A stretch of 64,000 nt of DNA, from NCBI GenBank assembly GCA_951406725.2, contig OX597829.1:7626001-7690000 (forward strand). Direction: 5' to 3'. The notes beneath the pieces were generated by a model that saw only the letters and a program-made list of their open reading frames with translations, was not told the DNA's origin and ran no database searches. Position numbers and translations under genes: made by a program. Shown piece after piece: positions 1 to 11,430 of the stretch (positions are counted from its first letter, which is position 1; the number at the start of each line of letters is the position of its first letter). The stretch is from Octopus vulgaris. Its lineage: Eukaryota.

Positions 1-167
1 GTAACCCTTTAGCATTCAGGTTATTCTGTCAAAAGTAACATTTATTCACATTGTTTTGAATTAATCATTCATTATCTCATAGCCTTGAAATTTTAATGAT
101 GGGATTGTGCCATTGGAGGGTATGTGTGATAAGCTGGATCTGGTCAGTTTGGATGCTGAAGGATTAA
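1..167. mobile_element. TTAA-type (piggyBac-like) MITE, degraded
   Basis: Begins (g)TAACCCTTTAGCATTC and ends GATGCTGAAGGATTAA (imperfect inverted termini with TTAA). The interior matches the reverse complement of 7565-7801. Confidence 0.6.
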
Positions 168-284
168 GCTTGGGCTGCTACTGCTAGCAGATCAAATGAC
201 TGCATAGACACTTGCTTTTTTTTTGTTGTTGTTTAGTTCCTGGTTAGCACTAATTGGGCAGATGTATAATAATGTGTGTGTGTG

Positions 285-690
285 TGTGTTATTACTTTTC
301 TGGCATTATTCATTTAACACACAGTAAGCTAGGGCACTTCTTTAAAAGGAATTAATCAATCAGATCTTCCCCAAAACTAACTTCAGACTGCTTATTTTTC
401 CAATCCCTATTTGTTCAAGAGCTAACTTACAAGACATAGTTCTAAATACAGATGTTTGTACACAAATCATATATACTATATATACATATATGTACACACA
501 TATATTCATACATATATATATATATATATGCTTCCATAGAGATTCTAGCTAACAAATTTCACTAACAAGACATTGAACACTCTGAGGCAATAGCAGCAGA
601 TGCTTACTCAAAGTATCACAGATAAAACCAAATGTGGAATCATATGGCCACAAAAGCAAACAGCTTAACCATTCAACAATACTTGTGTAT
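285..690 (-). mobile_element. Degraded tRNA-derived SINE (family of 59213-59575)
   Basis: Patchy similarity to the better copies at 24745-25158 and 59213-59575 (aaatttcactaacaaga...gcaatagcagcagatgcttactcaaagt...cttaacca), with an internal TA/CA microsatellite. Confidence 0.45.
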
Positions 691-1299
691 TAAACATACA
701 CATAAATAAGGTTTGCAGTGCAGTGTAGGTGTGTGACATAAAATTCATGTCATGATTTATAATTGTAATCACTTCCAGGTGCATACAAATTAATTGCTTT
801 AATATATTTGTAGATAGAAATTAAAGTGAAAATAAATTTCTATATGAGTATTAATAATATCAATGAGGTTTTAAAAAGAAAATTCTGAAAGAGAAACTAA
901 GATTTTTGTTATGATTAAAACCTTTTACGAACTATCTTCAGAACCTCTTTTTCTCTTTAGTGACTACAAGTAAATCTACAATAAACACAATGCTTTTGGC
1001 AGTATGTGGCATGCAAATTTGTTGAAACTGTTCACATAGTGGGATCTGGTAAGACACAACTCATCCATAATATGCTCTCGTGTCTTCACAGAATTCTTTT
1101 TGTTCCTCGCTCTACTTGTGCATTCCCCAACCCTCATATCCATAAATTCCATCTAAAAATGCTTACTTTTAAGCAGATGATATTATTCTTTATTCTTCCC
1201 AACCTGTTCCAACTGCACATCATTCAGACACAGTCTACATAAACACCACATAATGCTAAAGTCACACTGGTTCCATAAGCAGAGGCCTCAAAGCACCTT

Positions 1300-1640
1300 C
1301 CAATGAGCAAGTGCTACTCTTGCTTCTTTCAACAGCAAGAAACCTCATGCTTCTCAACCCAAAGAAATATTTCAGTACAGAGCAGCATGCGACTAGAGCA
1401 TGCATAAATGTGTTAAATGTTCCAGCTTATCATTATTACGAAGGATCTCTCATGGCAAATGTACATTCTAAACTAGGACTGAATCAAAATGACCCTTCTC
1501 TTCTTGTCCATAAGATATTCATCTGCCAACAATTAATGATGCAGATGAGACTAACAATGGAATATTGCTTCCACACTTTAGACAGACAAATCTTCAAGAC
1601 TGTATCTAGAAAAGAATCACCTGACTGATTGGTATAAAGA
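1300..1640 (+). mobile_element. Possible decayed LINE AP-endonuclease remnant
   Basis: Fragments VPAYH...NVHSKLG and ETNNGILL (different frames) weakly resemble the GDFNA..G / TN.NG..L motifs of RTE-type endonucleases. Confidence 0.3.
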
Positions 1641-2742
1641 CACTCAAAGACACAAATCATTCTTCTACTCATTAGTGTACTGTCCATTATTGTTGTCTTT
1701 TCTACTTCAATTATAATAGTTTCTTTGCCTTTTATCCTTTCGGGGCCAATAAAGTACCAGTTGCATACTGGGGTTGACCTAATCAACTGGCCCTCTTCCC
1801 AAAATTATATCTTCTGCTTCTCTAAACTACTAAGTTTATGTCACCTCTACTTAGGAAATGCTGACCTGCTTGTCTCTCCTACTCTCATCATCCTTGTACC
1901 CAGTCCTCCAGATCCAGCACTCACAACTACATCATTTCTTTTTACAATGTTCACCTTCTGATGACTCTTTCCTTTCTTAGGTATTTTCTGCAGGTGCAGA
2001 AGAACATAAAAAGCATCAATTTCAAACTATGAGGGCCTAAAAAGGTCATGGATTCTCCAACTTTCTGCCAGTTCAGTTAGTATAAAAACCAAAACATAAA
2101 TTCAATGCAATCAAACTTGCCCATGTTACTAGTAACACAATCTAATACACACATAGTTGTGTGTGTGTGTGTGTGTGTGTGTGAGAGTATTAAGTTAGGT
2201 TTGATACATTGTCCCAATATGAATTATGGAAAGGGCCAATTATTCTGTTTTATATTAGTACAGTTCCTTAAGCATCTTACTCTATAAGGAAAATAAAATA
2301 AGTACCAAATTACTGATGGTGAGTATAATTGATTAAAATCCATTTAAGATGGGGCTCCAGTATGGCCAGTCAATTGGCAGAAACCGGCAGAAATGTGAAA
2401 GAACAATACAAAAGATGTATAGGGGTTTCTAAGACAGAGCACATACAAAACGAAACGGAATACATGCGTGTTTAATGTATGAATAACAAACACTTTATTC
2501 ATTTGATTTGGGAGGTAGCTAGCACAGTGGGTAGATTTGAAACAGGAGACCTGCTTCCCAACTATGACAACTGAGATGATATAATACATTGAGACAATCA
2601 AATTATTGTTCCACTGAAAAACTTTCCTGTTTGTTCAACATTGGCTTACACACATCCACCTGCCAATCTGGCACACCCTCTCCATCCACCATCCCTAGAG
2701 GTAAATACTTGATGTGTGTTGATATTTATATATATTTATTTA

Positions 2743-2745
<3 letters not shown>

Positions 2746-2785
<40 letters not shown>

Positions 2786-2871
2786 TATGTATATATATAT
2801 ATGTATATATATATGTATATATATACACATGTATATATATATATATATGTATATATATGTATATATGTATG

Positions 2872-2950
<79 letters not shown>

Positions 2951-2961
2951 ATATATATATG

Positions 2962-3020
<59 letters not shown>
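2746..3020. repeat. Compound (TG)n/(TA)n microsatellite
   Basis: Directly visible; it is the source of the YIYI ORFs. Confidence 0.97.
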
Positions 3021-3021
<1 letters not shown>

Positions 3022-3894
3022 TAGTTTCAAAGTACAGATGCAAAAAGAAAAAAAAAACCTCTGATGTTTTTGTTTGCTTATTCTTTGTACATTCATTTGT
3101 TTTTATCTTGTATTAATTTTATTTTATATCAGAGCCATTTTATAAGGGTTAAAAACAAGAATGCTTCTCATTACAACATTGTATAAAATAACATAAATAT
3201 ACACACATTCCAGACAGATACATAAGTAGTTAAGGAAATAGAGAGGAGTTTGGACAGACAAATATCTACCTATTTAGTCCAACACAAGTCAACAATTAAG
3301 AGAAAAAAAAAAGCTTCTCTTCCCCCCACTCTCTCCAAAATGTGTGTGTTTCTGTGTGTGTACATGTATGTATTCAAAGAGAAAAATTCACACACATCAA
3401 AATATATGTACAAATGTATCTGCATATACACACAAATATATGTGCACACTGACACACACATATATATATATAGACACACGTGTATGTGTTTGTACACACA
3501 CACACATATTATGGAACTAAAATTCAATGTTTGTCTGTGTGTTCCACTATTTTAGCAAAATCGGAATACTATGCCAATGAAAGGCTTTGACTAATGCACT
3601 CCTTTGTCTAAAAAAAAATTTCAAATATCTTTTTGGGCCCTAAAAACTATCAAAACATTTTATTCCTTACACAGAAAAGCAACTTTTCTCCATTCATGGA
3701 AGATAGAAGAAATAAAACAATAATATGCATGCATAAAAAAAATTGACATATATGTACAGAAATGGGCAACACACACACACACGCCCTCTCTTCCCCCCAC
3801 TATTGAACAGAAACATTACAGAATAGTGCATGTTCTCAGTACCACATGCACATTCACATATAAAGACACACATACATATCAAACTCACACATAC

Positions 3895-3927
3895 AGCATT
3901 TTGTGAAGGAAACACAGAGAAGATTGA
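3895..3927 (-). CDS. Candidate 33-nt microexon of the minus-strand host gene (SIFSVFPSQNA if phase 0)
   Basis: Minus strand reads ttttttttttcttttag|TCAATCTTCTCTGTGTTTCCTTCACAAAATGCT|gtatgt. Length is 3n, there is no stop, the donor matches the other two exons, and TGCATG motifs lie downstream. Confidence 0.55.
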
Positions 3928-4256
3928 CTAAAAGAAAAAAAAAATGTTATAACTGCTGTTCAAATGTTCATTAAATAAGTGCGTATCTATACACACATGT
4001 ACATAATGAACATAAAGATTTATTTAATGAGCAGAAATACATATAACAGTACTTCAGCAGAACAGTAGTCCCTAGCCTGCCAGCTCTGTGCTATCTTTCT
4101 CTTTGTTCCATGCTAAAATTTTGTTAAACTTCGTTAATACACAGAATGCGTGAATGTATTTAGACATGCATACAGACACACACAAACACACACACGTATA
4201 GTACAACCACTTCAACACATACATAATCCATATATGTATATATATATGAATTCTCT

Positions 4257-4289
<33 letters not shown>

Positions 4290-4293
<4 letters not shown>

Positions 4294-4580
4294 CCAGACT
4301 ATCAGATGTTGCTATACATCATTGGTCACAATGCACTTTGCACTGTTTTAGCTGTTGAATGATGCCACCACATCAGTTAGGTGAGCAGACCAACATTCCT
4401 CACCGATCAGAAAGCTAAGTCATCGCAGGGTGACTCTTTTACAGTTGAGGAGACTGGAATAATGAAAAATGAAGTGTTTTGCTTAAGAATACAATGTGCA
4501 ACCTGGTCTGGAAATTGGACTCATGGTCTAGTGACCATGAGTGCAACACCCTTAAACTCTAGGCCACATGCCTTCACATA
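4290..4580 (-). mobile_element. tRNA-derived SINE (family of 62597-62790)
   Basis: Reverse complement shares the tRNA-like head and the body segment gtggc.tcattc.a..gctaaaaca.tgcaaa.gcattgtgac with 62597-62790. Confidence 0.7.
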
Positions 4581-5749
4581 AATTCATACACTCATACACA
4601 TATTCATATACACATATGTGTAAAGAATTAATACAACAGAACACATTGTGTATCATACTTAACCATAAACATCATTAGAATATATTGTAATAATACCATA
4701 ACAAAAAAACTTCTGCATCAACACAAAGTCCAAACAATGTATTAAATATATACATTTCAATGTAAACAAGGAGATTGTAAACTTCACGACTCAAACTGTT
4801 ACATTGGATACACTCAAACACAACACCTTCTTGGCTCAACATGCATTTACAACAAAATGTTATCAAAACTATATGAGGCAGTAAACGAAATAACATCATA
4901 TAGGAAAACACTCATTGACAGCACTACAGTTTTATGCAGACTTAATAAGTGTGAATAACTATGGAGACTTTTACTAAAAGCAAAATACAAACCAAAATTA
5001 AGCACATGGATATAAGCAAAATTAATCATGAAATTTACCAGAACTTACCTTAAATTATTCTCAGGACTTACTGTTGTATAACTTTAAATGCAGCATTGAT
5101 GCTACTATCAGTTATAAAATAATTTCCAATATTTTTTATGACTTATCACAAAGCATACAAACATCATGCCATTATTGATAGCATAATATCTTGAAAATAT
5201 GACTGTAAGGGGTTTGAAATATTAATCAACTAATAAATCCAATAATGTTTTTCAACAAACTAAATGTAAAGAATTCAAAAATGAATATGAAAAGTCCTTA
5301 ATGAGAATGATCAAACTTGAATATAATGGTTGGCATTAGAAAGGGCTTCGAGTTATGGGAGCCATGTCAAAACAGATTGATTGGAGTATGTCATAAAACT
5401 ATACAATGTTAGATCTTGTTGAACTCAAGCCAACATGGAAGGCAGATTTAAAATGATGAAGAGCACGATGCGTATACATGTAAGGGGTGAGTGAAAACTC
5501 ACACACCAATAAGTTCCATACATTCCAGAATTGTCAAAGACACACTTCAACTTTTCCAAAGTTGAATAAAATAACTAAAATAATGATGAATGCACATGAT
5601 TAGCAAAATAATAATAACATAAATAAAATGTCAAGTGTCTTGGTGTGTGACTTTTGGCCTGCTGTGTATATTATAAATATCAGGTAAAATGAGCATTGGA
5701 AATGCTCTGCACCACACAGAAACTGCAGGAGCTACTCAGAGGTTCTCTA

Positions 5750-6270
5750 AGTTCCACTAAACTGACTGCAATGCCATATCATCAGTGGGTGTCTCAGGTT
5801 CATGGACATTTTGCTCCTTAGCCTGTATGCTTCAATTGAGTTACGGCAGTGGGGCCTGAACTAATCTTTGGTACAAAAGGGTTCCACTTGCAGCCCCTTC
5901 TCATCCACAGCCACTTTGAGTTTGTTTCTGATACCATGCCTCTTTCCTTGGTAGCTTTCTTCAGTTATCTGGGTTCTAGACATATCTTCTGTAGGAAATA
6001 GTGCACTCATCTCACTGGAAAGCTGAACAGCTGAGATCAATGGGGAATGAGGCTGAATGCCATCTCTTGACAAGGGTCTTACTGACCGAGTCCTGATATT
6101 TGCTTTCCTTTACCTGGTGTAAAATATCAGGTGTTCTTCTAGGGTGTTTGAGTGAATTTGGCCATGGTGATTGTTGGAGAGCAGGAACATATCTGGTTGA
6201 AGTAATCTCACCAATATTTCCATTGGGAAGACAAGTCTGCTTTCAGATCCACTTGTGTCTTCCACAATGT
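5750..6270 (-). mobile_element. Decayed RTE-type LINE 3' fragment
   Basis: More GC-rich block. Minus-strand fragments such as DMSRTQITEESYQGKRHG resemble the RTE ORF2 C-terminus; multiple disruptions. Confidence 0.4.
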
Positions 6271-6534
6271 CACTGACTTATCCTAACTAATGCATTATTC
6301 CACTGCCTTTCACCCTTTCTCTTTTGCCAGCCATTACTTCCTCTGCTCCGAATCACTTCTACTGATATCTCTTCCTCATTTTTCTCCATACACTAATATT
6401 GCTAACCATCATCCTAAAACTCTTTATTCACCCCTGCCCCTATTTCTAACCATCTCCCACTCTTACTCCCTCCCACACTCTTGCAACTACTACCTACCTA
6501 CTCTTCCTGATATTCTTCTATTTACCTTGCTGTA

Positions 6535-7026
6535 CCTGGCAAGACTTCCACCCATCCCCTCCAAGAAACCACCCTTCTTTAAAACTTTTTTTTTTGACAG
6601 AAACTCCCTTTTCAGCTACGGGGAATACAAATCTGCCAAAAAATTGTCAAAAATCGATATTCCTAAATTACCACCCCAACAAAAATATGGAGATTATGAT
6701 TCTAAAAAAAATTTCAAAAAATCTTTGTAAAATGTTTTTTTAAGAATTTTTTTCTTTTCTAAATATGCAGAAAAATACGGACATCAGGATTCGAACAAAA
6801 ATTTCAAAACATTTCTGTACTTACGGTTACGGTTTTAGGGTTTTAGAGTTAGTATTGGGGAAAAAAGTCAAAATTGAAGAGGTTGGGGGGGAGGGGTTGG
6901 ACTTTCCCAATACCGATTTTTTGCAGTTTTCCAGAATCTCCGTATCCTAAAACAGAGATTTCTGGCAAAAACAGTTTTAAAAATAAACAAATTTGGGGGT
7001 AAAAATGGGGGGAGAGTCTTTCCCTG
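6535..7026. mobile_element. ~490-bp non-autonomous DNA transposon (MITE) with TA flanks
   Basis: TA|CCTGGCAAGACT...AGTCTTTCCCTG|TA (9/12 inverted match), subterminal inverted segments (~6616-6672 vs ~6898-6947), and an internal TTAGGG-like run. Confidence 0.6.
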
Positions 7027-7564
7027 TACTGTTGTCTCTTTGCAGCTGCAACCCATCCTTATATAATGTAGAGTTGTCATGCATCTCATCTAAAACAATA
7101 AACGTGTTCCTGTTCCTTCTATTTTAGCATAAGGCCATCCTCTGCCTAACTATATACAATCCCATGGTAGTCTTCTGAGTTACATGGTGACATCACTAGT
7201 GCTGGTGCCATGAAAAAAGCACCTGGTCACTCTGTAATGTGGAATTAGGAAGAGAGTTTATTCACAATGTCATCATTTCTATGCTCTGTTACCAACTAAC
7301 TTATTTAAGTCCATCATATTGTGTATTTGTTACAAAAGAAACCTTGATACCAACTCAGGATATCTCTAGGTGATGTTACAGCAAATAAGCTGAATGAAAA
7401 GAAGATCAATCACATCATGAAAAATAGATCAATACTGGTTGCTACAAATGATTTAAATGTTAGGGCCAAGGCAGTAATCTAATATGACACATCTTCATCT
7501 TTAAATCTAGGCTGGCATGAGTTAAATGAGAATTACAAGCTAGATGCCCTTCTGTTGCTAACCC

Positions 7565-7801
7565 TTAACCCATTAGTGTTTACACTGGCTGCATCCGGCC
7601 CGAATATTCTACCCATTTTATGCTCAAACTGGCCAGAACCAGCATCTCACACCTACCATGCAATGTCATTCTAAAAATAAAAAATTACAACTTTCATATC
7701 TCGAAGTTAAAAGATTGAGTTTTTAATGTTTAATTAAGTTCCTAAAATGTGAATAAATAAGGCTTACTTTTAACATATTAATGTGAATGCTGAAGAGTTA
7801 A
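7565..7801. mobile_element. TTAA-flanked piggyBac-like MITE
   Basis: TTAACCCATTAGTG...GAATGCTGAAGAGTTAA; inverted homolog of 1-167. Confidence 0.7.
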
Positions 7802-7952
7802 ATGTTTTTTCAATAAGTTGGATTGAAACCAGTGAAATTGCCAAGCTAGGGAGCACATTGCTCATGAAAAGTATAAACAAACATGTCTGTTTGGCACTTG
7901 TATCAATACAAAATCACAGAAACAATCACACATATACGCACACACACACACA

Positions 7953-8026
<74 letters not shown>

Positions 8027-8345
8027 GATGGGCTTCCACACAGTTTCTGTTTATCCAATTTTAATTCACAGGGTATTGGTTACACTGAACTGATAGAAGT
8101 TATTCAAATTTGTAAAAATAACGATTCACTATTTTTCTCATCACTTATGTTTATATGTATTTGTAAACTGCCCCAGATTGTAAAACTGTTCAATGTGTTA
8201 ATTCAACTGGCTTGAAGTCATAGCCAAATCTCTCTCAAATCTCAACCCTTGTCATGACAACAGAAAAAAAGAGAAAGAAAAAGACATGTAAGAATATAAT
8301 CCAAGATATTCTATAAAAAGACAGAGTGGCCATAATTGGAAAGCT

Positions 8346-8535
8346 TTGGATCGACATTTACCTCCCCCCCCCCTCATGTGAACAATAACTCCTGAAGACA
8401 ACAGATGATATGAAACTTCTTAATATATTGGAGAGAGGGTAAGAAACCTAGGGAGTAATTGTCCTATGGGTAGTATCATCGGGAGGGAGGGGGGCGTTGT
8501 CGTATAGGGGGTAATTGTCCTGATATGCTTGGATC
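8346..8535. mobile_element. Small MITE with GGTAATTGTCC subrepeats
   Basis: GACATTTACCTCCC versus GGGGGTAATTGTC inverted ends; flanking TTGGATC direct repeat at 8346-8352 and 8529-8535. Confidence 0.55.
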
Positions 8536-9764
8536 ATTTTCTACTTGATCAAATTTGACCATGGGTTAAATTACAACAACAAAAAAAGATGCAATTGTAT
8601 TGATATGATGTAGGTGTCACACCAACATTTCACAATAGAAAAATAACTCTCAAGAGAAACATTAAAAAAAAAGCAAAAACAGACCTAAAGTAAAAAAGAA
8701 AACAAAACTTCTTTTGTAACTTTCCACTTACATGTATCGTCTTATATAAATTGTGAAATTATTTTTATCAAAAATAAATATTAACTATTATAAATTTCAT
8801 AAGCGCCTTTATAATAAAGTATGAGTTTTCCAAATTCATAATTTTTGAACCTTGTCTAAAGCTTTTCATTGCTTAAAAATTTTCATAACTCGAGATAGAT
8901 TCTGCTCTGTGGCACAGTTTCTGATTTAAACGGATCTAAATTAAAAAACTTTTCATCAAAATTCAAGCACAAACTTAATAATGACAATTATTTCACTAAA
9001 TTCGTCATTATTTTCAAAATTAACAAAAGACTATGTATTTCAACAAGAATACTGTAATGGATAAGTTTTTGCAATAAGAATAAAATAACAATAAATGTAA
9101 CCAGTGTAGAATGGTAGAATGAGGTTTGAGAGATTTAGCTGTTATTTCTAACAGTCTGAGCATCCATAGAGAAGATTGTTGTTTTATTTCACATCATTCT
9201 CACTACTCTTTAACTTTATAACATGCTGATACCTTTAACTCTATTAGCTTTATCAAGGTTAGCTTATATAGATTTCTTTCAAAATTACTTGTTAGTGAAA
9301 CACTGTGGCAATTAAATTAAATTAAGATTGCTTATAATAGTTACAATAAAAGTCTTTTCTAATGATAGCAGCAAGAATGTATAGTTGGCAACAGAATAAA
9401 TTTAACAACAAAGAAAAAGAAACAAGAAAAAATATAACAAAAACAAACCCCACTGACTGCACATAACATAAAAAAACCAAGGGAATTCAAATTTTTTTCC
9501 TAACCCTGCCAAGTATCTTTTTTTTTTTTTTTTTACTCATGACTGTTAAGTGAAAATTGAATACATATTCCTGTGTCATAAGATTATAAAATAAAAATGA
9601 AAAAATGCCCAACAATAAAGCCCTCAAAAGTACCCCGACAAAAAAATACTTCAGATCCTGTTCCAATTAGCAGCAAGGGATTCCACTTAACAATCTAGTA
9701 GCCTCCATGAAGCAAGACTGAAGAGCTATCAAGAAAAGAAAAGTGAGTAAAAAAGTAAAGTTAT

Positions 9765-9795
<31 letters not shown>

Positions 9796-9950
9796 CATAA
9801 ACATGATAATAAGAATAATGATATATCATGATCTTTACTAAATCTGTACAATGTGGCACCCATCAGGACTCATACAAAGTGTTGAAGATGTTGAATCATT
9901 CAGTAATATACAATGAAATGGCTCATGAAACAAGAGAACAATGACACAGT

Positions 9951-9955
<5 letters not shown>

Positions 9956-9987
<32 letters not shown>

Positions 9988-10080
9988 CGCATATGCACGA
10001 GCTCATAAATGTACACATGTACATAAATATATATATATATATGTTTATGTATATATATATATATATATAATTTGTGTATG

Positions 10081-10114
<34 letters not shown>

Positions 10115-10198
10115 CATGTACATATGTATGTGTATATATATATATATATATACATGTACATATGTATGTATATATATATATATACATACATACATATG

Positions 10199-10246
<48 letters not shown>

Positions 10247-10259
10247 CATACATATGTAC

Positions 10260-10306
<47 letters not shown>

Positions 10307-10345
10307 CATATGTACATGTGTGTATATATATATATAAATTATATG
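9956..10345. repeat. Compound (TG)/(TA)/(TACA) microsatellite
   Basis: Directly visible, with a recurring tacatgtacatatg subunit. Confidence 0.95.
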
Positions 10346-11067
10346 TACAGAACGAGACAACTCAAAAGGAAATGAAAAGAATTAGCAGTGAGTAGATTTC
10401 TAAACTAAAAGTGTATATAGTAAGAGGAATGACAAGGACTTCATAACTATGAGTCCTGAGTTAAAATATTCATCAATTCACTACTGACAACTGGATTAAA
10501 ATAGAGAAAAAAAAGAAGAAAAAAAAGGAAAGAAGACATTGCAACAATTGATTTATTAATAATTTCAGGTCCTTTGTGCTTGATTATATTTGAGTACATA
10601 TTTATGTTCAATAATATTAAGAATATGAAATAACATTTCCTTTCAGTAGTTCAAATGCTGAATGTGAATTCAAAAACTAAGATACTCTCTATGGACTGAG
10701 GCTAAGCAGGAAAACATGTCCTGCCTTGAAACTACATTGAAATGTATGTAAATACATCTGAATTCAAGAAATCATGACAGCTCTGGTTGTTAAATTTAAC
10801 TGCTCATATATTTCACTTGTGTATGATAAAAAAAATACTGACTGCATTAATCAAATAAGATCATTTCCAAATATGATGTAATTTGTTATGAGTTCCCAAA
10901 CAGCGAGTTAATTATACTCAAATATGTATACTTATATGGATAGATAATAGTTACTTAATATAGTGATTAATCACAGAATTAAATATAGGAATAATTATAT
11001 AAGAATATTATAGCCTAAAACGCATAATTTAAGTCATACATATAAACCTATATATATATATATATAT

Positions 11068-11430
11068 CTGGGTAGCATACAGCTGACCAAAAAAATACAA
11101 TGCAACTTCAACCATCCCAGGAAAAGACCCCCCCTCTCTCTTTTTGTCTTTCTTCCTTTTTGGAATTTTTCTAACCAAGCCTCCAAAAACTCACCACACA
11201 CACATATATAGATTCAAAATAACTAGAACATTCTCTTCCCAATCTAGCTCCAAATTTTTTTCAACTAACTCATATATAGGAAGTATAAATTTTCTGGGGA
11301 AAAAAATCATTCCTGACGAATCTCTGAAATTAGATGAAAGCACTACAATAATTATCCAAAATTCTGACTACCTCCTTTTCCTTAACATGAAATCTGTACA
11401 CCACTTCAAACAATCTCTCTATTTAAATAT
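11068..11430 (+). mobile_element. Penelope-like terminal remnant containing a hammerhead-ribozyme-like core
   Basis: Block bounded by (TA)n-rich sequence, with CTGACGA-ATCT-ctgaaatt-AGAT-GAAA at 11313-11339. Minimal hammerheads are a known feature of Penelope-like termini. Confidence 0.45.

Noticed and set aside
2589-3116. Long YIYI/CVCV ORFs (also 9941-10395, 26833-27237, 61793-62392)
   Set aside because: They are translations of (TA)n/(TG)n microsatellites that lack stops by composition.
5474-5668. Possible Tc1-like MITE (cacacacca / tggtgtgtga inverted motif)
   Set aside because: The inverted match is too short and decayed to define ends.
6821-6852. Interstitial telomere
   Set aside because: Only a few degenerate units, internal to a MITE.
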